A program made the position numbers and the translations under genes. Under the pieces are notes generated by a model that was given only the letters and a program-made list of their open reading frames with translations, did not search any database and was not told the origin of the DNA. Shown one piece after another: positions 7,641-17,620 of a stretch of DNA of 64,000 nucleotides (within the stretch, counting starts at the first letter, position 1; each line of letters starts with the position of its first letter). Origin of the DNA: a virus; the IMG/VR virus record IMGVR_UViG_2565956771_000001, positions 24 to 64,023 of that record. The stretch is one strand, 5' to 3'.

Positions 7641-8053
7641 AGCCATTCATTGCGAAGCCAGTGCGCGCCAGGTCCATCGACCGTGAGGGCCTGGAGCAGG
7701 CCGCGCTGCTCAAGGAAGTCGCGCTGCGTTACCCAGTCGCCGCCAAGCTCATTTTTCACGTCCCGAACGGTGGGCACCGGCACAAGTTGGTGGCGATCAA
7801 GCTGAAAGAGCAGGGCGTGAAGGCTGGCGTGCCCGATCTGGTGCTTCCCATGGCCCGCGGGGGTTACTTCGGGCTGTACATCGAATTCAAGGCCACGGCG
7901 CCGCATGACGCCGCCGTTTCCCCGGCCCAGGACGCATACCTGCAGGCGCTGACCGATCAGGGTTACCTGGCCATCGTCTGCCGCGGGCACTTCGACGCCA
8001 TCGAGGCGATCCGAGCCTACCTTCTCCAACCTCAGACCAAGGCCGCCGCATGA
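7637..8053 (+). CDS. VRR-NUC family nuclease
   Basis: IFHVPNGG...GVKAGVPDL...LYIEFKA...Q (PD-(D/E)XK VRR-NUC motifs). Confidence 0.88.
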   Translation: MKPFIAKPVRARSIDREGLEQAALLKEVALRYPVAAKLIFHVPNGGHRHKLVAIKLKEQGVKAGVPDLVLPMARGGYFGLYIEFKATAPHDAAVSPAQDAYLQALTDQGYLAIVCRGHFDAIEAIRAYLLQPQTKAAA

Positions 8054-9330
8054 CCCAGACAATGCTCACTTCGTTTACCGATGCGGAGATCCGTCGCCAG
8101 GCCAGCAACAGCGCAGTGCGTGACCTGCGCGACGCTCGGTACCCGGGCGTGTACTTCCGTTTCCATCAAAACCGCGAGCGCGGTACCTGGTACCTGGTGT
8201 CGGGTGGCAAGTGGGACAAGATCGCCGCGTTTCCTCAACTGCCGGTGAAGGGGTTGATCGTCGCGTTGCCGAAGATCCGCGAGCGTCTGGCCGCTGATCC
8301 AAAGGCCTCGGCCGCCGCTGGAACCTTGCAGACTGTCGGCGAGCTGCTCGACTGGTTCACCGCCCGCCAGGCCGTGGACCGGAGTCTTTCAGCCAAGCGC
8401 CGTTCTACCAATACCTCGATCATCTCGTGCCACCTGAAGCCACGACTTGGCACCCTGGTGGTGGAGGATGTTGACCGGTCAACGCTCGACAAGCTGGTCA
8501 TGTGGCCCATGCAGGCCGAAATGTCGCTGTCCTACGTCCGCCTGATGTGGGGCGTGCTGGTCGTCGCCTTCCGTCAGGCCGAGAAGCTGCGCCTGATCAC
8601 CACCAACCCCATCGCCGGGTTCAAGTTCACCGACTTCACCAAGGCCCGCATCCAGCCGAAGCCTTCTCGCTTGCGTGCGGTGCAGCTCGAGGAAGTGATC
8701 GGTCAACTGGCTGCCGGGTTTGATCAGCACCCGCAGGACTGCATGCTGGCCCTGATGATGCTGTGCCACGGGACGCGTGCCGGTGAGACCAGGCAGGCGC
8801 AGTGGTCCCATTTGACCCTGGGTGAGCAGGGCGAATGGTTCATTCCGACCGAGAACACCAAGACCCGCTGCGAGCATCACTTGCCATTGACCCATCAGGT
8901 GTGTGCGCTGCTGGAGCGGTACCGGGACTGGCAGTCGGGCAAAGGCTACAAGGGCACCTACCTATTCCCTGCCCGTGTCCGTGGCCCGATGAGTGACAGC
9001 CAGGCCTGTGCCGTGTTCACGCGCCTGGGCAAGGGTGAGTGGACCAGCCACGACCTGCGCAAGGTTGCACGCACTGGCTGGACCGACCTGGGTGTCGACT
9101 TCCTGATCGGCGAGATGCTGGTGAACCACACCATGACCCGCAACGTGCAGACATACATCCATACCTCGGCGGAACTGCTCAAGCGCGAGGCGCTGAACAA
9201 GTGGCATGACTGGTTAGACGGGAAGGGTTTCAACCTGATTCACCGCTCGACCATGACTAGAAACGGAAATTCGCACAATGACGCCGAGGCCTTGAATGGC
9301 GCGGCCTCTAGCCAAATTCAGAAACCATAA
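8050..9330 (+). CDS. Tyrosine recombinase/integrase in the nin-like region
   Basis: Arm-binding N-terminus (DLRDARYPGVYFR); catalytic set GTRAGE, HDLRKVAR, VNHT, TYIH intact. Confidence 0.88.
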   Translation: MTQTMLTSFTDAEIRRQASNSAVRDLRDARYPGVYFRFHQNRERGTWYLVSGGKWDKIAAFPQLPVKGLIVALPKIRERLAADPKASAAAGTLQTVGELLDWFTARQAVDRSLSAKRRSTNTSIISCHLKPRLGTLVVEDVDRSTLDKLVMWPMQAEMSLSYVRLMWGVLVVAFRQAEKLRLITTNPIAGFKFTDFTKARIQPKPSRLRAVQLEEVIGQLAAGFDQHPQDCMLALMMLCHGTRAGETRQAQWSHLTLGEQGEWFIPTENTKTRCEHHLPLTHQVCALLERYRDWQSGKGYKGTYLFPARVRGPMSDSQACAVFTRLGKGEWTSHDLRKVARTGWTDLGVDFLIGEMLVNHTMTRNVQTYIHTSAELLKREALNKWHDWLDGKGFNLIHRSTMTRNGNSHNDAEALNGAASSQIQKP

Positions 9331-9346
9331 AAGGCGAGGTTTAAAA

Positions 9347-9559
9347 ATGGCATTTCATCACGCTATTGCCTGCAAATCTTGCAATGCAATCAGCCGCGTC
9401 GACCGCCACTGCGCCGACTTCTACAACTCCTTTGAGAGCCTAAAGCTGTGCGGGCACTGCGGGACAAGGAATGGCTGGCGGGACACCGTTGTGGTCTGGG
9501 TGCCTCGGTGGCGGTGGTTCAACCCTTTGACCTGGGGCTCTGGAGAATGGATCGAATGA
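9347..9559 (+). CDS. Small Cys-rich (zinc-finger-like) protein
   Basis: CKSC...CGHC; GAGG RBS; 4-nt overlap with the next gene. Confidence 0.6.
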   Translation: MAFHHAIACKSCNAISRVDRHCADFYNSFESLKLCGHCGTRNGWRDTVVVWVPRWRWFNPLTWGSGEWIE

Positions 9560-9882
9560 GCATTATGAAGAAGTCCCACGGCCCAGCGTTCCGCGCCGCG
9601 CAGCTTGACCTGGCCAAGTGCCCGGCATGCCGCGGTCGCGCGGTGATCAAGGGCGTCTTCCATGAACTGGCCTGCGTGCAGTGCAACGCCTCGGGATGGG
9701 TTACCGCCGAAACCGGCGAGGCGCTGCCGCTGGAGGTGCTGGTGACGCAGCTGAGCATTCGGCTCCAGGCTGCCGAGCACCAGATCACCCAGTTCAACTG
9801 CTTCAAGCCTGCCGGTGCTGAAGCGCAATACAACGAGAACAACCGCCGTGGCGCAGGTGCCACCAACTTCACAGGGGATTGA
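9556..9882 (+). CDS. Phage zinc-ribbon protein
   Basis: MKKSHGPAF...CPACRG...CVQCNASG; sits immediately before Q. Confidence 0.72.
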   Translation: MSIMKKSHGPAFRAAQLDLAKCPACRGRAVIKGVFHELACVQCNASGWVTAETGEALPLEVLVTQLSIRLQAAEHQITQFNCFKPAGAEAQYNENNRRGAGATNFTGD

Positions 9883-9885
9883 GCC

Positions 9886-10239
9886 ATGGCCTTCACACCG
9901 AGCTTTAGAGAACGCACTGCCGAGGATCTGCTGGAGCATTGGGGCCGCTGGGTTGTACTGGGCTCTGGTGTGTCGTGCTGCGCCTCACGCGAGAACACCG
10001 TCCTGTCGCCAATGATCACCGATGACGATGCCCTGATGATCGATGGTTTGATGGGCCGACTGCTCAAGCGCTACCCGGAATGTGGCCAGGTGCTGATGAA
10101 GTATTACACCAGGCTCGACAGCTCCTTAATGGAGGTCGGTAAGAAGATGGGATTCGGGGAAGAGAAGACGCGGCAGCTCTGGAAGGCAGGTGTCGCGTGG
10201 ATTGACGGCGCTTTAGATATTCGCCGCCAGGCCGCTTGA
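9886..10239 (+). CDS. Q: Late antiterminator Q
   Basis: AEDLLEHWGRWV...YY...GVAWIDGAL pattern; followed directly by a late promoter and holin. Confidence 0.82.
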   Translation: MAFTPSFRERTAEDLLEHWGRWVVLGSGVSCCASRENTVLSPMITDDDALMIDGLMGRLLKRYPECGQVLMKYYTRLDSSLMEVGKKMGFGEEKTRQLWKAGVAWIDGALDIRRQAA

Positions 10240-10264
10240 CAGCCCCGGTCCCTGCATATAGATT
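10236..10264 (+). promoter_or_regulatory. Late promoter PR'
   Basis: TTGACA-17 bp-TAGATT overlapping the Q stop codon. Confidence 0.72.
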
Positions 10265-10291
10265 TCAGTTACTTTGCGGTTTTTCCGCGAG

Positions 10292-10322
10292 CAAAGCCCG
10301 ACCCTAGAGTTGGGCTTTTTGC
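10292..10322 (+). terminator. tR'-like terminator after the late promoter
   Basis: AAAGCCCGAC-CCTAGA-GTTGGGCTTTTT. Confidence 0.7.
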
Positions 10323-10549
10323 TTTCTGGAGATGATCAAAGCCCGGCGGCAACGTGCAGGGGTAACAGTCAGCGTGGGGACTGGGGGGAAACGCCACGAC
10401 AGAGACCTGACAGGGTCTCCATCTTCACCCACATTGAGCCTCGGCATTTGCCGGGGCTTTTTCGTTTTCGGCTCCACCACACCCATCGCGCTGAGATGGG
10501 AGTGCTGTTGGGGCTGATCTATTCACTCCCCGAAAGGGAGGAACCTGAG

Positions 10550-10882
10550 ATGTCGAACATGCCAGACAAACCAGATACCTGGCTCATCGTGCTTGCATGG
10601 CTGAGTCAGCATTCGCCGACTCTATATGCCGCAGGCTTATCTGCATTGATGGCTGGTATCAGGATCATCTACGGCGGCGGGACCCGGCGCCAGGCTCTGC
10701 TCGAGGCCGCAATCTGCACCTTGATCACGATAGGACTGATCCCGGTCCTTGAGTACTTCGGACTGCCGCAGAACCTTGCGACGGCGGCCGGTGTGTTTAT
10801 CGGATTCTTGGGTGTTAAGAAGCTGGCCGACTTTGCTGATCGGGTTGCGGAGTTCAAGTTTCCCAGTCGCAAGTCTGAGTGA
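10550..10882 (+). CDS. Holin, lambda-S family
   Basis: MSNMPDKPDTW..., three hydrophobic segments, basic C-terminus; position after Q. Confidence 0.85.
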   Translation: MSNMPDKPDTWLIVLAWLSQHSPTLYAAGLSALMAGIRIIYGGGTRRQALLEAAICTLITIGLIPVLEYFGLPQNLATAAGVFIGFLGVKKLADFADRVAEFKFPSRKSE

Positions 10883-10942
10883 TGGCTTGCAGTGGATGCG
10901 CCGCCCGGCGCGAATGGTTCAACAAGATGAAGAGGCTGGCCT

Positions 10943-11125
10943 ATGAGCGAGCAAGCGAATTGCTTACAGGCCGAGATGTTGGCCGAGATGAAGAAACAGA
11001 CCGCGCTGCTGGAGCGGATGGAGGAGCACCAAGCGCTACTGATCCAGGCGCTGGCAGAGGATCAGGCCGAGCAGGACCCTGATGCCCGCCCGCTGACGTA
11101 CATGGATGGCACCCCGTGCCGCTGA
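10943..11125 (+). CDS. Small phage protein
   Basis: 60 aa coiled-coil-like, ending YMDGTPCR; overlaps the HNH start. Confidence 0.6.
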   Translation: MSEQANCLQAEMLAEMKKQTALLERMEEHQALLIQALAEDQAEQDPDARPLTYMDGTPCR

Positions 11126-11490
11126 GACCGCAGAAGCCGTGCAATGCCCAGGGCTGCAACACCCTGACCCGTAACCCTCGGTACTGTGATGATCACGCTC
11201 ACCTACTCAAGAGCTCGACCTGGGCGAAGCCCCGAGAGAGCAGCACCAAGCGCCACTACAACTATAAGTGGCAGCAGGCCCGGGCTGGTTGGCTGGCCAA
11301 GCATCCGCTGTGCAGATTCTGCGAGCAGGGAGGCAAGGTGGTCGCAGCGACGGATGTTGACCACATCATCCCGCACAAAGGTGACATGACCCTGTTCTGG
11401 GATCGTGACAACTGGCAGAGCCTGTGTGGTCCGTGCCACTCCAGCAAAACGGCCTCCGAGGACGGTGGTTTCGGCAATTCCCGGCGCTGA
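11116..11490 (+). CDS. HNH endonuclease (terminase-associated, HK97 gp74-like)
   Basis: CRFC...VDHIIPHKGD...NWQSLCGPCHSSKT; lies just upstream of terS. Confidence 0.92.
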   Translation: MPLRPQKPCNAQGCNTLTRNPRYCDDHAHLLKSSTWAKPRESSTKRHYNYKWQQARAGWLAKHPLCRFCEQGGKVVAATDVDHIIPHKGDMTLFWDRDNWQSLCGPCHSSKTASEDGGFGNSRR

Positions 11491-11649
11491 AAACAGAAAA
11501 ATTGCCGAAAAGCAGTGGAAAACGACCAAATGAGAACGATTTGCGCAGAAAGGGAGGGGGAGGGTCGAAAGTCTGGGCCTTTTCGCTTCTAGACCGCGCC
11601 CTCAATCGTTTTTTTACACCCGCGAAATTAAAAATTCAGGAGTTGCGCG

Positions 11650-12135
11650 ATGGGAGGCACCGCCACGGTCGCCGGCCGTGGTCGCAAACCCAAGCCAACG
11701 GCCAAAAAAGCGCTCGCCGGAAACCCAGGCAAGCGCGCGCTGAACACAGCCGAGCCGCAGTTTTCAAAGATTACCCAGATCGATCCGCCCGAGTGGTTCA
11801 CCCCTCGGGCCGCCACTATGTGGAACATGATTGTCCCTGAGCTGCTGCGCGAGAACGTGGTGGCTATCACGGACCTGCACAACGTCGAGGCCTTCTGTAG
11901 CGCCTACGACAACTGGCGGCTGGCCCAAGAGTCGATCCAGCAGCATGGCATCGTCGTTACCGGTGCCACCGGTGGCCCGATGAAGAACCCTGCACTTACC
12001 GCCGCCAATGAAACGATGCGCCAGATGGTTACGTTCGGTTCGATGCTGGGCTTGGACCCGGCGAGCCGCACACGGCTGATCGGCGGCAACAAGGAGAAAG
12101 AAACCAACGAATTTGCCAACCTGCTGAGAACCTGA
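11650..12135 (+). CDS. terS: Terminase small subunit, P27 family
   Basis: [22 protein letters not shown]...NPALT...[11 protein letters not shown]. Confidence 0.92.
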   Translation: MGGTATVAGRGRKPKPTAKKALAGNPGKRALNTAEPQFSKITQIDPPEWFTPRAATMWNMIVPELLRENVVAITDLHNVEAFCSAYDNWRLAQESIQQHGIVVTGATGGPMKNPALTAANETMRQMVTFGSMLGLDPASRTRLIGGNKEKETNEFANLLRT

Positions 12136-13862
12136 TGACCAAATCTGCCCACCCCAATGTCGACAAGGCGACGGCGTGGGGTCGGTCATTGCTTCGCGGT
12201 AAGGTCCCGGCGTGCCGTTATATCCACCAGGCGGTGCAGCGTCACTTCGACGACCTGGCCGCCAGTCGCAAGCGTGGGTTCAAATACAAGTTCGACGCTG
12301 CCAAAGCTGAGAAGAAGCTCAGGCTGATCCAGCTTCTGCCACACACGAAAGGCGAGTGGGCATTCAAGCGTCAGCTGATTAGCCTTGAGCCCTGGCAGTT
12401 GTTCGGCCTGGCCGTCACGTTTGGTTGGGTCAAAAAGAAAGGCGGCCACCGTCGGTTCCGTGAAAGCTACTGGGAAGTGCCACGAAAGAACGGCAAATCC
12501 GTTGTCGCAGGCGGCGTGGGCATCAGCATGTTCGTTGCCGACGGCGAGTTCGGCGCCGAAGTGTATGCCGGTGCGACCACCGAGAAGCAGGCGTGGGAGG
12601 TATTCCGCCCGGCCAAGTTGATGGTGAGCAAGTCGCCCATGCTGATTCAGGCCGCGGGCATCGAGGTCAACGCCTCGAACATGAACATCCCATCCGACTT
12701 CAGCCGCTTCGAACCACTCATTGGCAACCCAGGGGACGGCGCTTCACCCAGCTGCGCGATCGTCGACGAATACCACGAACACCCAACGTCGGCCCAATAC
12801 GACACCATGCTCACCGGTATGGGGGCACGCAGGCAGCCGCTGATGTTTATCATCACCACCGCCGGCGCCGATATCGAAGGCCCTTGCTACGACAAGCGCC
12901 GTCAGGTCGTTGAGATGCTGGCCGGCACCGTGCCTGACGAAGAGTTGTTCGGCTGGATATGGACGCTCGACGAAGGCGACGACTGGACCGATCCGAAGAT
13001 GCTCGCCAAGGCCAACCCGAACCACGGCGTCTCGGTGTTCCAAGAGTACTTGGAGAGCCAGCAAGCCAGGGCGATACGTTCGGCGCGGTTCGCAAACACC
13101 TTCAAAACGAAGCACTTAAACCTTTGGGTGAGTGCAAAGTCCGGCTTCTTCAACATGGAAGACTGGAGATCCTGTGAGGACACCACGCTCACGCTCGAGC
13201 AGTTCGAGGGGCAGGAGTGGATCGCTGGTTTCGACTTGGCCCGCAAGCTGGACATGAACTCAAGGGCGCGCCTGTTTTGGCGAGTGATTGACGGGAAGAT
13301 CCACTACTACAGTGTCGCGCCAAAGTTCTGGGTGCCCTATGACACCGCGTACGACAGCGACAACAAGCGCATGTCTGAACGGTTCCAAGCTTGGATCAAT
13401 TCCAAGCATCTGGAAATCACCGATGGCGCCGAGATCGATTACCGCGAAATCTTCGAAGACACAAAGGAAGCCAATCACCAGGCGCCGGTCCGCGAGTGCC
13501 CGATTGACCCGCACGGCGCAACGGGCCTCAGCCACGATCTTGATGACGAAGGCTTCAGCCCGATCACGATCACGCAGAACTACACCAACATGTCCGATCC
13601 CATGAAGGAGCTCGAGGCGGCCATCACCGCCGGCAGGTTCCATCACGATGGTCACCCGATCATGACCTGGTGTATCGCCAACGTGATCGGTAAACACATG
13701 CCCGGCAACGACGATGTCGTGCGGCCCATCAAGCAGGGCGACGACAATAAGATCGACGGCGCCGTCGCGCTGATTATGGCTATAGGCAGGGCGCTAATCC
13801 TCGCCAACGACAACAGCGGCAACATCAGCGATTTCTTTTCGAAACCTATCATTGTTGGATAA
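12135..13862 (+). CDS. terL: Terminase large subunit
   Basis: Walker A VPRKNGKS, Walker B IVDEYH, nuclease GFDLA and KIDGAVA. Confidence 0.96.
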   Translation: MTKSAHPNVDKATAWGRSLLRGKVPACRYIHQAVQRHFDDLAASRKRGFKYKFDAAKAEKKLRLIQLLPHTKGEWAFKRQLISLEPWQLFGLAVTFGWVKKKGGHRRFRESYWEVPRKNGKSVVAGGVGISMFVADGEFGAEVYAGATTEKQAWEVFRPAKLMVSKSPMLIQAAGIEVNASNMNIPSDFSRFEPLIGNPGDGASPSCAIVDEYHEHPTSAQYDTMLTGMGARRQPLMFIITTAGADIEGPCYDKRRQVVEMLAGTVPDEELFGWIWTLDEGDDWTDPKMLAKANPNHGVSVFQEYLESQQARAIRSARFANTFKTKHLNLWVSAKSGFFNMEDWRSCEDTTLTLEQFEGQEWIAGFDLARKLDMNSRARLFWRVIDGKIHYYSVAPKFWVPYDTAYDSDNKRMSERFQAWINSKHLEITDGAEIDYREIFEDTKEANHQAPVRECPIDPHGATGLSHDLDDEGFSPITITQNYTNMSDPMKELEAAITAGRFHHDGHPIMTWCIANVIGKHMPGNDDVVRPIKQGDDNKIDGAVALIMAIGRALILANDNSGNISDFFSKPIIVG

Positions 13863-13869
13863 ATCACCC

Positions 13870-14034
13870 ATGGATACTGGCCTGATCCTCTTCATTGTGG
13901 CGGCCGTCGCCGCGCTGTGCCTGTTTGTCGCCGGCGTATTTGTCTTGGTCGGTCTCGGCTGGGCACTCATCGCCTGCGCTGCTTCTTTCTTGGCTGCGGC
14001 TGGATTCATCCGTAAGGGGTTGACTGGTGAATAA
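13870..14034 (+). CDS. Small membrane protein between terL and portal
   Basis: 54 aa with two hydrophobic helices; typical HK97-like position. Confidence 0.65.
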   Translation: MDTGLILFIVAAVAALCLFVAGVFVLVGLGWALIACAASFLAAAGFIRKGLTGE

Positions 14035-15364
14035 ACCTATCAAGTCAGTCCTGCGCCAGGCTCTATTCAAATCCGCCGAGCCTGGATTTGTGAAGTCCTC
14101 GCTTGCTGGCTGGGTAGGTCGGCGCATTGGCCTGGGTGACGCTTCATTCTGGAATGGTTACTACGGCACTGATTCCGCGTCGGGAAAAACGGTGAGCCAG
14201 CAGACAGCGCTTCAGTTATCGACGGTGTGGGCTTGCGTACGCCTCATCGCCGAAACCCTGGCCACCCTCCCGATCGCACTTTACGAAAATAAGAACGGTG
14301 TGCCAGAGGTGGCCGCTTCGCACCCCGTACACCGGGTGATCAGCGAGCAGCCGAACGCCGACCAAACCCCCGTTGAGTTCTGGGAATGCGTGGTGGCCAG
14401 CTTGCTGCTCAGCGGCAACAGTTTTAATGAGCCTCATTTGGTGGGGCGCGATCTGTCTTCGTTGGAGTTTATCCTCCCTCAGTCGGTTTCTCCGCCTCGG
14501 CGCACTAGCAGCGGAGCGATCGAATACCGGTTCATCGACAGCGAGGGTAAGCCTCATACGCTACTCGATGAGCAAATGATGCACACGCGTGGGTTCGGGA
14601 CCGATCCCATGTGCGGCTTGAGCCCGCTTGCCATGGGTCGCAATGTATTCGGCGCTGCTATGGCTGCCGATGAGTCGGCCAGCAAGATGTTTGCCAACGG
14701 CATGAAACTCGGCGGCGTTCTGTCCACAGACCAGATTCTCAACAAAGCCCAGCGGGAGGACATCCGAGAGGACATGGCTGCCAAGTTCGCCGGCGCGGTG
14801 AACACCGGCAAGACGATGGTGCTGGAAGCTGGCATGAAATATCAGCAGGTGTCCATGACGCCCGAAGATGCACAAATGCTCCAAACCCGAGCCTTCAACG
14901 TCGAAGAGATCTGCCGGTGGTTTCGTGTTCCTCCTTGGATGGTGGGCCACACGTCGAATAGCACCAGCTGGGGCACCGGTATGGAACAGCAGATGCTCGG
15001 GTTCCTGAGCTTCACTCTACTTCCCTGGATGAAACGCATCGAGCAGAGCATTAATCGTCGCCTTCTGCGCCCTGATGAGCGCCGCCGATTTTACGCAAAG
15101 TTCAATCCAGAGGGCTTGCTTCGTGCCGATAGCGCAGCTCGCGCAGCGTTCTATAGCTCCATGACACAAAACGGTATCTATACCCGAGACGACTGCCGGA
15201 TCAAGGAAAACCTTGCACCCATGGGCGGTAACGCGGCGAAGCTCACCGTCCAATCCAACATGCTGCCAATCGACAAGCTTGGCGAGGGCTCTGGTGATGC
15301 CCAGCAAGCGCGTTCCGCGCTGCTGGACTGGCTCAACGAAACCCCCAAGGGGAACCAGGAATGA
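14027..15364 (+). CDS. Portal protein, HK97 family
   Basis: TALQLSTVWACVRLIAETLATLP...PNADQTPVEFWE...ICRWFRVPP. Confidence 0.95.
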   Translation: MNKPIKSVLRQALFKSAEPGFVKSSLAGWVGRRIGLGDASFWNGYYGTDSASGKTVSQQTALQLSTVWACVRLIAETLATLPIALYENKNGVPEVAASHPVHRVISEQPNADQTPVEFWECVVASLLLSGNSFNEPHLVGRDLSSLEFILPQSVSPPRRTSSGAIEYRFIDSEGKPHTLLDEQMMHTRGFGTDPMCGLSPLAMGRNVFGAAMAADESASKMFANGMKLGGVLSTDQILNKAQREDIREDMAAKFAGAVNTGKTMVLEAGMKYQQVSMTPEDAQMLQTRAFNVEEICRWFRVPPWMVGHTSNSTSWGTGMEQQMLGFLSFTLLPWMKRIEQSINRRLLRPDERRRFYAKFNPEGLLRADSAARAAFYSSMTQNGIYTRDDCRIKENLAPMGGNAAKLTVQSNMLPIDKLGEGSGDAQQARSALLDWLNETPKGNQE

Positions 15365-16062
15365 AACGGAAAGACCAGTCCCTGGCGGTGAAGTACCGCT
15401 CATTTGATTACGACGTAAAGGCTGTCAGCGATGACGGCCTTTTTTCTGGCTACGGATCGGTGTTCGGTGTCGTCGACAGCTACAACGAGGTGGTCGCGCC
15501 TGGCGCTTTCCTCGACTCAATCGCTGAACACAAGGCCAAATCCCGATCCTTGCCGGTGCTTTGGCAGCACCGAACTGGCGAGCCCATCGGTGATTGGTCC
15601 ATGGAATCGTTGAAGGAAGACGAGCGCGGTCTTTTTGGCGACGGTTCGCTGTGGATGGCTGAAGCGCCATATGCGCGAATTGCTTATCGCGGGATGAAAA
15701 CTCGTTCTATCACCGGCCTTTCCATCGGCTATTACGTTCGGGAATCCACGTTCGACGAAAAAACCCGGATCAGAACCCTGACCAAACTCGACCTGGTCGA
15801 GATTTCCATCGTGACCGTGCCGGCCAATGATGAGGCCCGAACCGACACGATTAAGTCGAAGCTGGCCCATGGCGGCCTGCCTTCACTTCCTGAATTTGAG
15901 CTGCTCCTGCGTGAGGCAGGCTTCTCGAAAACTCAGTCCGCGGTGATTGCCAATCGCGGCCTGCAGCATCTGCTCCGGAGCGAGTCCGCGGGCGACCTGG
16001 CAGCAATTGAAGTGGTCGAGGCGCTCAAGTCGCGCCCAGCACTGTCCCTCCCTTCGTTTTGA
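15361..16062 (+). CDS. HK97-family prohead protease
   Basis: FSGYGSVFG...LWQH...GLSIGY...LVEISIVTVPAN. Confidence 0.93.
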   Translation: MKRKDQSLAVKYRSFDYDVKAVSDDGLFSGYGSVFGVVDSYNEVVAPGAFLDSIAEHKAKSRSLPVLWQHRTGEPIGDWSMESLKEDERGLFGDGSLWMAEAPYARIAYRGMKTRSITGLSIGYYVRESTFDEKTRIRTLTKLDLVEISIVTVPANDEARTDTIKSKLAHGGLPSLPEFELLLREAGFSKTQSAVIANRGLQHLLRSESAGDLAAIEVVEALKSRPALSLPSF

Positions 16063-16071
16063 GGATTCACC

Positions 16072-17325
16072 ATGCATAACGCCATGAGCAACCAGGCTCG
16101 CGCCGAAAACCGTCAGATGCAACGCAAGGAGCACTCCGACGACAAGGTCCAGCTGAAAGCGGTAACCGAACTGCTGGACCAGCGCGACCAGGAAATCAAA
16201 GCGTTCGCTGAGAAGGCGAACAAAGAAATCAAAGAGCACGGCACCATTCTGGCCGATACCAAGACCGTTCTCGACGGCCTGGTAAAGGATGGCCTGGGCT
16301 TGCAGGATCGCCTGCAGGACATCGAGCAGAAGCTGGCTCGCCGCTTTGCGGCGAACGATCCAACTGACGCCAAGTCGGTAGGCGAAGAGCTGTCCGACTC
16401 GGAGGACTTCAAGGCCCTGCAAACTCGCGGCCGTGGCATCGCCCGCATTGGTCGCAAGGCCGTCACCAACATCACCAGCGCAACCTCCGGTACTGGCGGC
16501 GTGGGCGTTGGCATCCAGCCCACGCGGGTACCTGGCATCGTTGCAGATCCGGAGCGTCAATTCGTCATCCGCGATTTGATCATGCCTGGCCGGACCGGCT
16601 CCAACGCTGTCGAGTTCGTGCAAGAAAGCGGCTTCCAGAACATGGCGGCGATCCAGGCCACTGAAGGCGCAGCGAAAGCCCAGTCGGATATCTCGTTCGC
16701 TTTGAAAACCACCAACGTGGTGACCATCGCGCACTGGTTCCGCGCCTCCAAGCAGGTTCTGTCCGATATCCCGCTGTTGCAGAGCTACATCAACGGCCGC
16801 GCGATCTACGGCCTGAAGTACAAGGAAGAAGAGCAGATCCTCGCCGGTAACGGCGTGGGCGGGAACATGCTCGGCCTGATCCCTCAGGCATCCGCTTTCA
16901 ACAACGCCCTTCGCAAAGCCGGCGATACCAAGATCGATACGCTGCGTCGCGCCATCCTGCAGGTACGGATCGCCGAATACCGCGCCTCGGCGATCGCACT
17001 CAACCCCGTCGACTGGGCTGATATCGAGCTGACCAAGGACAGCACGGGCTCCTACATCTGGGTCAACGTCCAGGAAGGCGGCGCACAACGTCTGTGGAAG
17101 CTGCCTGTTGTGGACAGCAACGCTGTTCCAGAGGGTGAATTCCTGGTGGGCGCCATGAACATCGCGGCTCAGATTTTCGACCGCGAAGAGGCGGCCGTCG
17201 AAGTTTCGACTGAAGACGGCGATAACTTCCGTACCAACATGGTCACGATTCGCGCGGAAGAGCGCCTGGCTATGGCTGTGTACCGTGAAGAATCCTTCGT
17301 CCACGGTGAATTCGACGCGCCGTAA
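16072..17325 (+). CDS. Major capsid protein, HK97 fold with N-terminal delta domain
   Basis: Coiled-coil N-terminus; TIAHWFRASKQVLSD; NFRTNMVTIRAEERLA. Confidence 0.95.
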   Translation: MHNAMSNQARAENRQMQRKEHSDDKVQLKAVTELLDQRDQEIKAFAEKANKEIKEHGTILADTKTVLDGLVKDGLGLQDRLQDIEQKLARRFAANDPTDAKSVGEELSDSEDFKALQTRGRGIARIGRKAVTNITSATSGTGGVGVGIQPTRVPGIVADPERQFVIRDLIMPGRTGSNAVEFVQESGFQNMAAIQATEGAAKAQSDISFALKTTNVVTIAHWFRASKQVLSDIPLLQSYINGRAIYGLKYKEEEQILAGNGVGGNMLGLIPQASAFNNALRKAGDTKIDTLRRAILQVRIAEYRASAIALNPVDWADIELTKDSTGSYIWVNVQEGGAQRLWKLPVVDSNAVPEGEFLVGAMNIAAQIFDREEAAVEVSTEDGDNFRTNMVTIRAEERLAMAVYREESFVHGEFDAP

Positions 17326-17375
17326 GGCTTCGACACCTCATAGGAGCGCACCTGGGAAACCGGGTGCGAACACCG

Positions 17376-17618
17376 ATGCCAGACATCACTGTAAAAGCGA
17401 TCAAAGGCTTCAATACCGACGGCCTGGATTCAGGCGAAAAGTATGTGAAGCGTGGTGCGGAATTCACCGTGGATGAATCGGTGGCGCGCGATCTCCGCCG
17501 TAATGGCCTGATCGAGGAATACGACGTGAAGAATTCTGCTTCCCCGGAAAACAAGCAGGCCCCAACCCCTTCGAATAAAGCTGCGCCAAAACCCGCAGCC
17601 AAGAAAAAGGCCGACTGA
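17376..17618 (+). CDS. Small head-associated protein
   Basis: 80 aa, Lys/Pro/Ala-rich tail, follows the capsid gene. Confidence 0.7.
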   Translation: MPDITVKAIKGFNTDGLDSGEKYVKRGAEFTVDESVARDLRRNGLIEEYDVKNSASPENKQAPTPSNKAAPKPAAKKKAD

Positions 17619-17620
17619 CC

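Noticed and set aside
15883-17304. Long antisense ORF (473 aa) opposite the capsid gene, and similar shadow ORFs opposite replication, J and virB4 genes
   Set aside because: Expected by-product of GC-rich codon bias on the coding strand; no RBS or family motifs.
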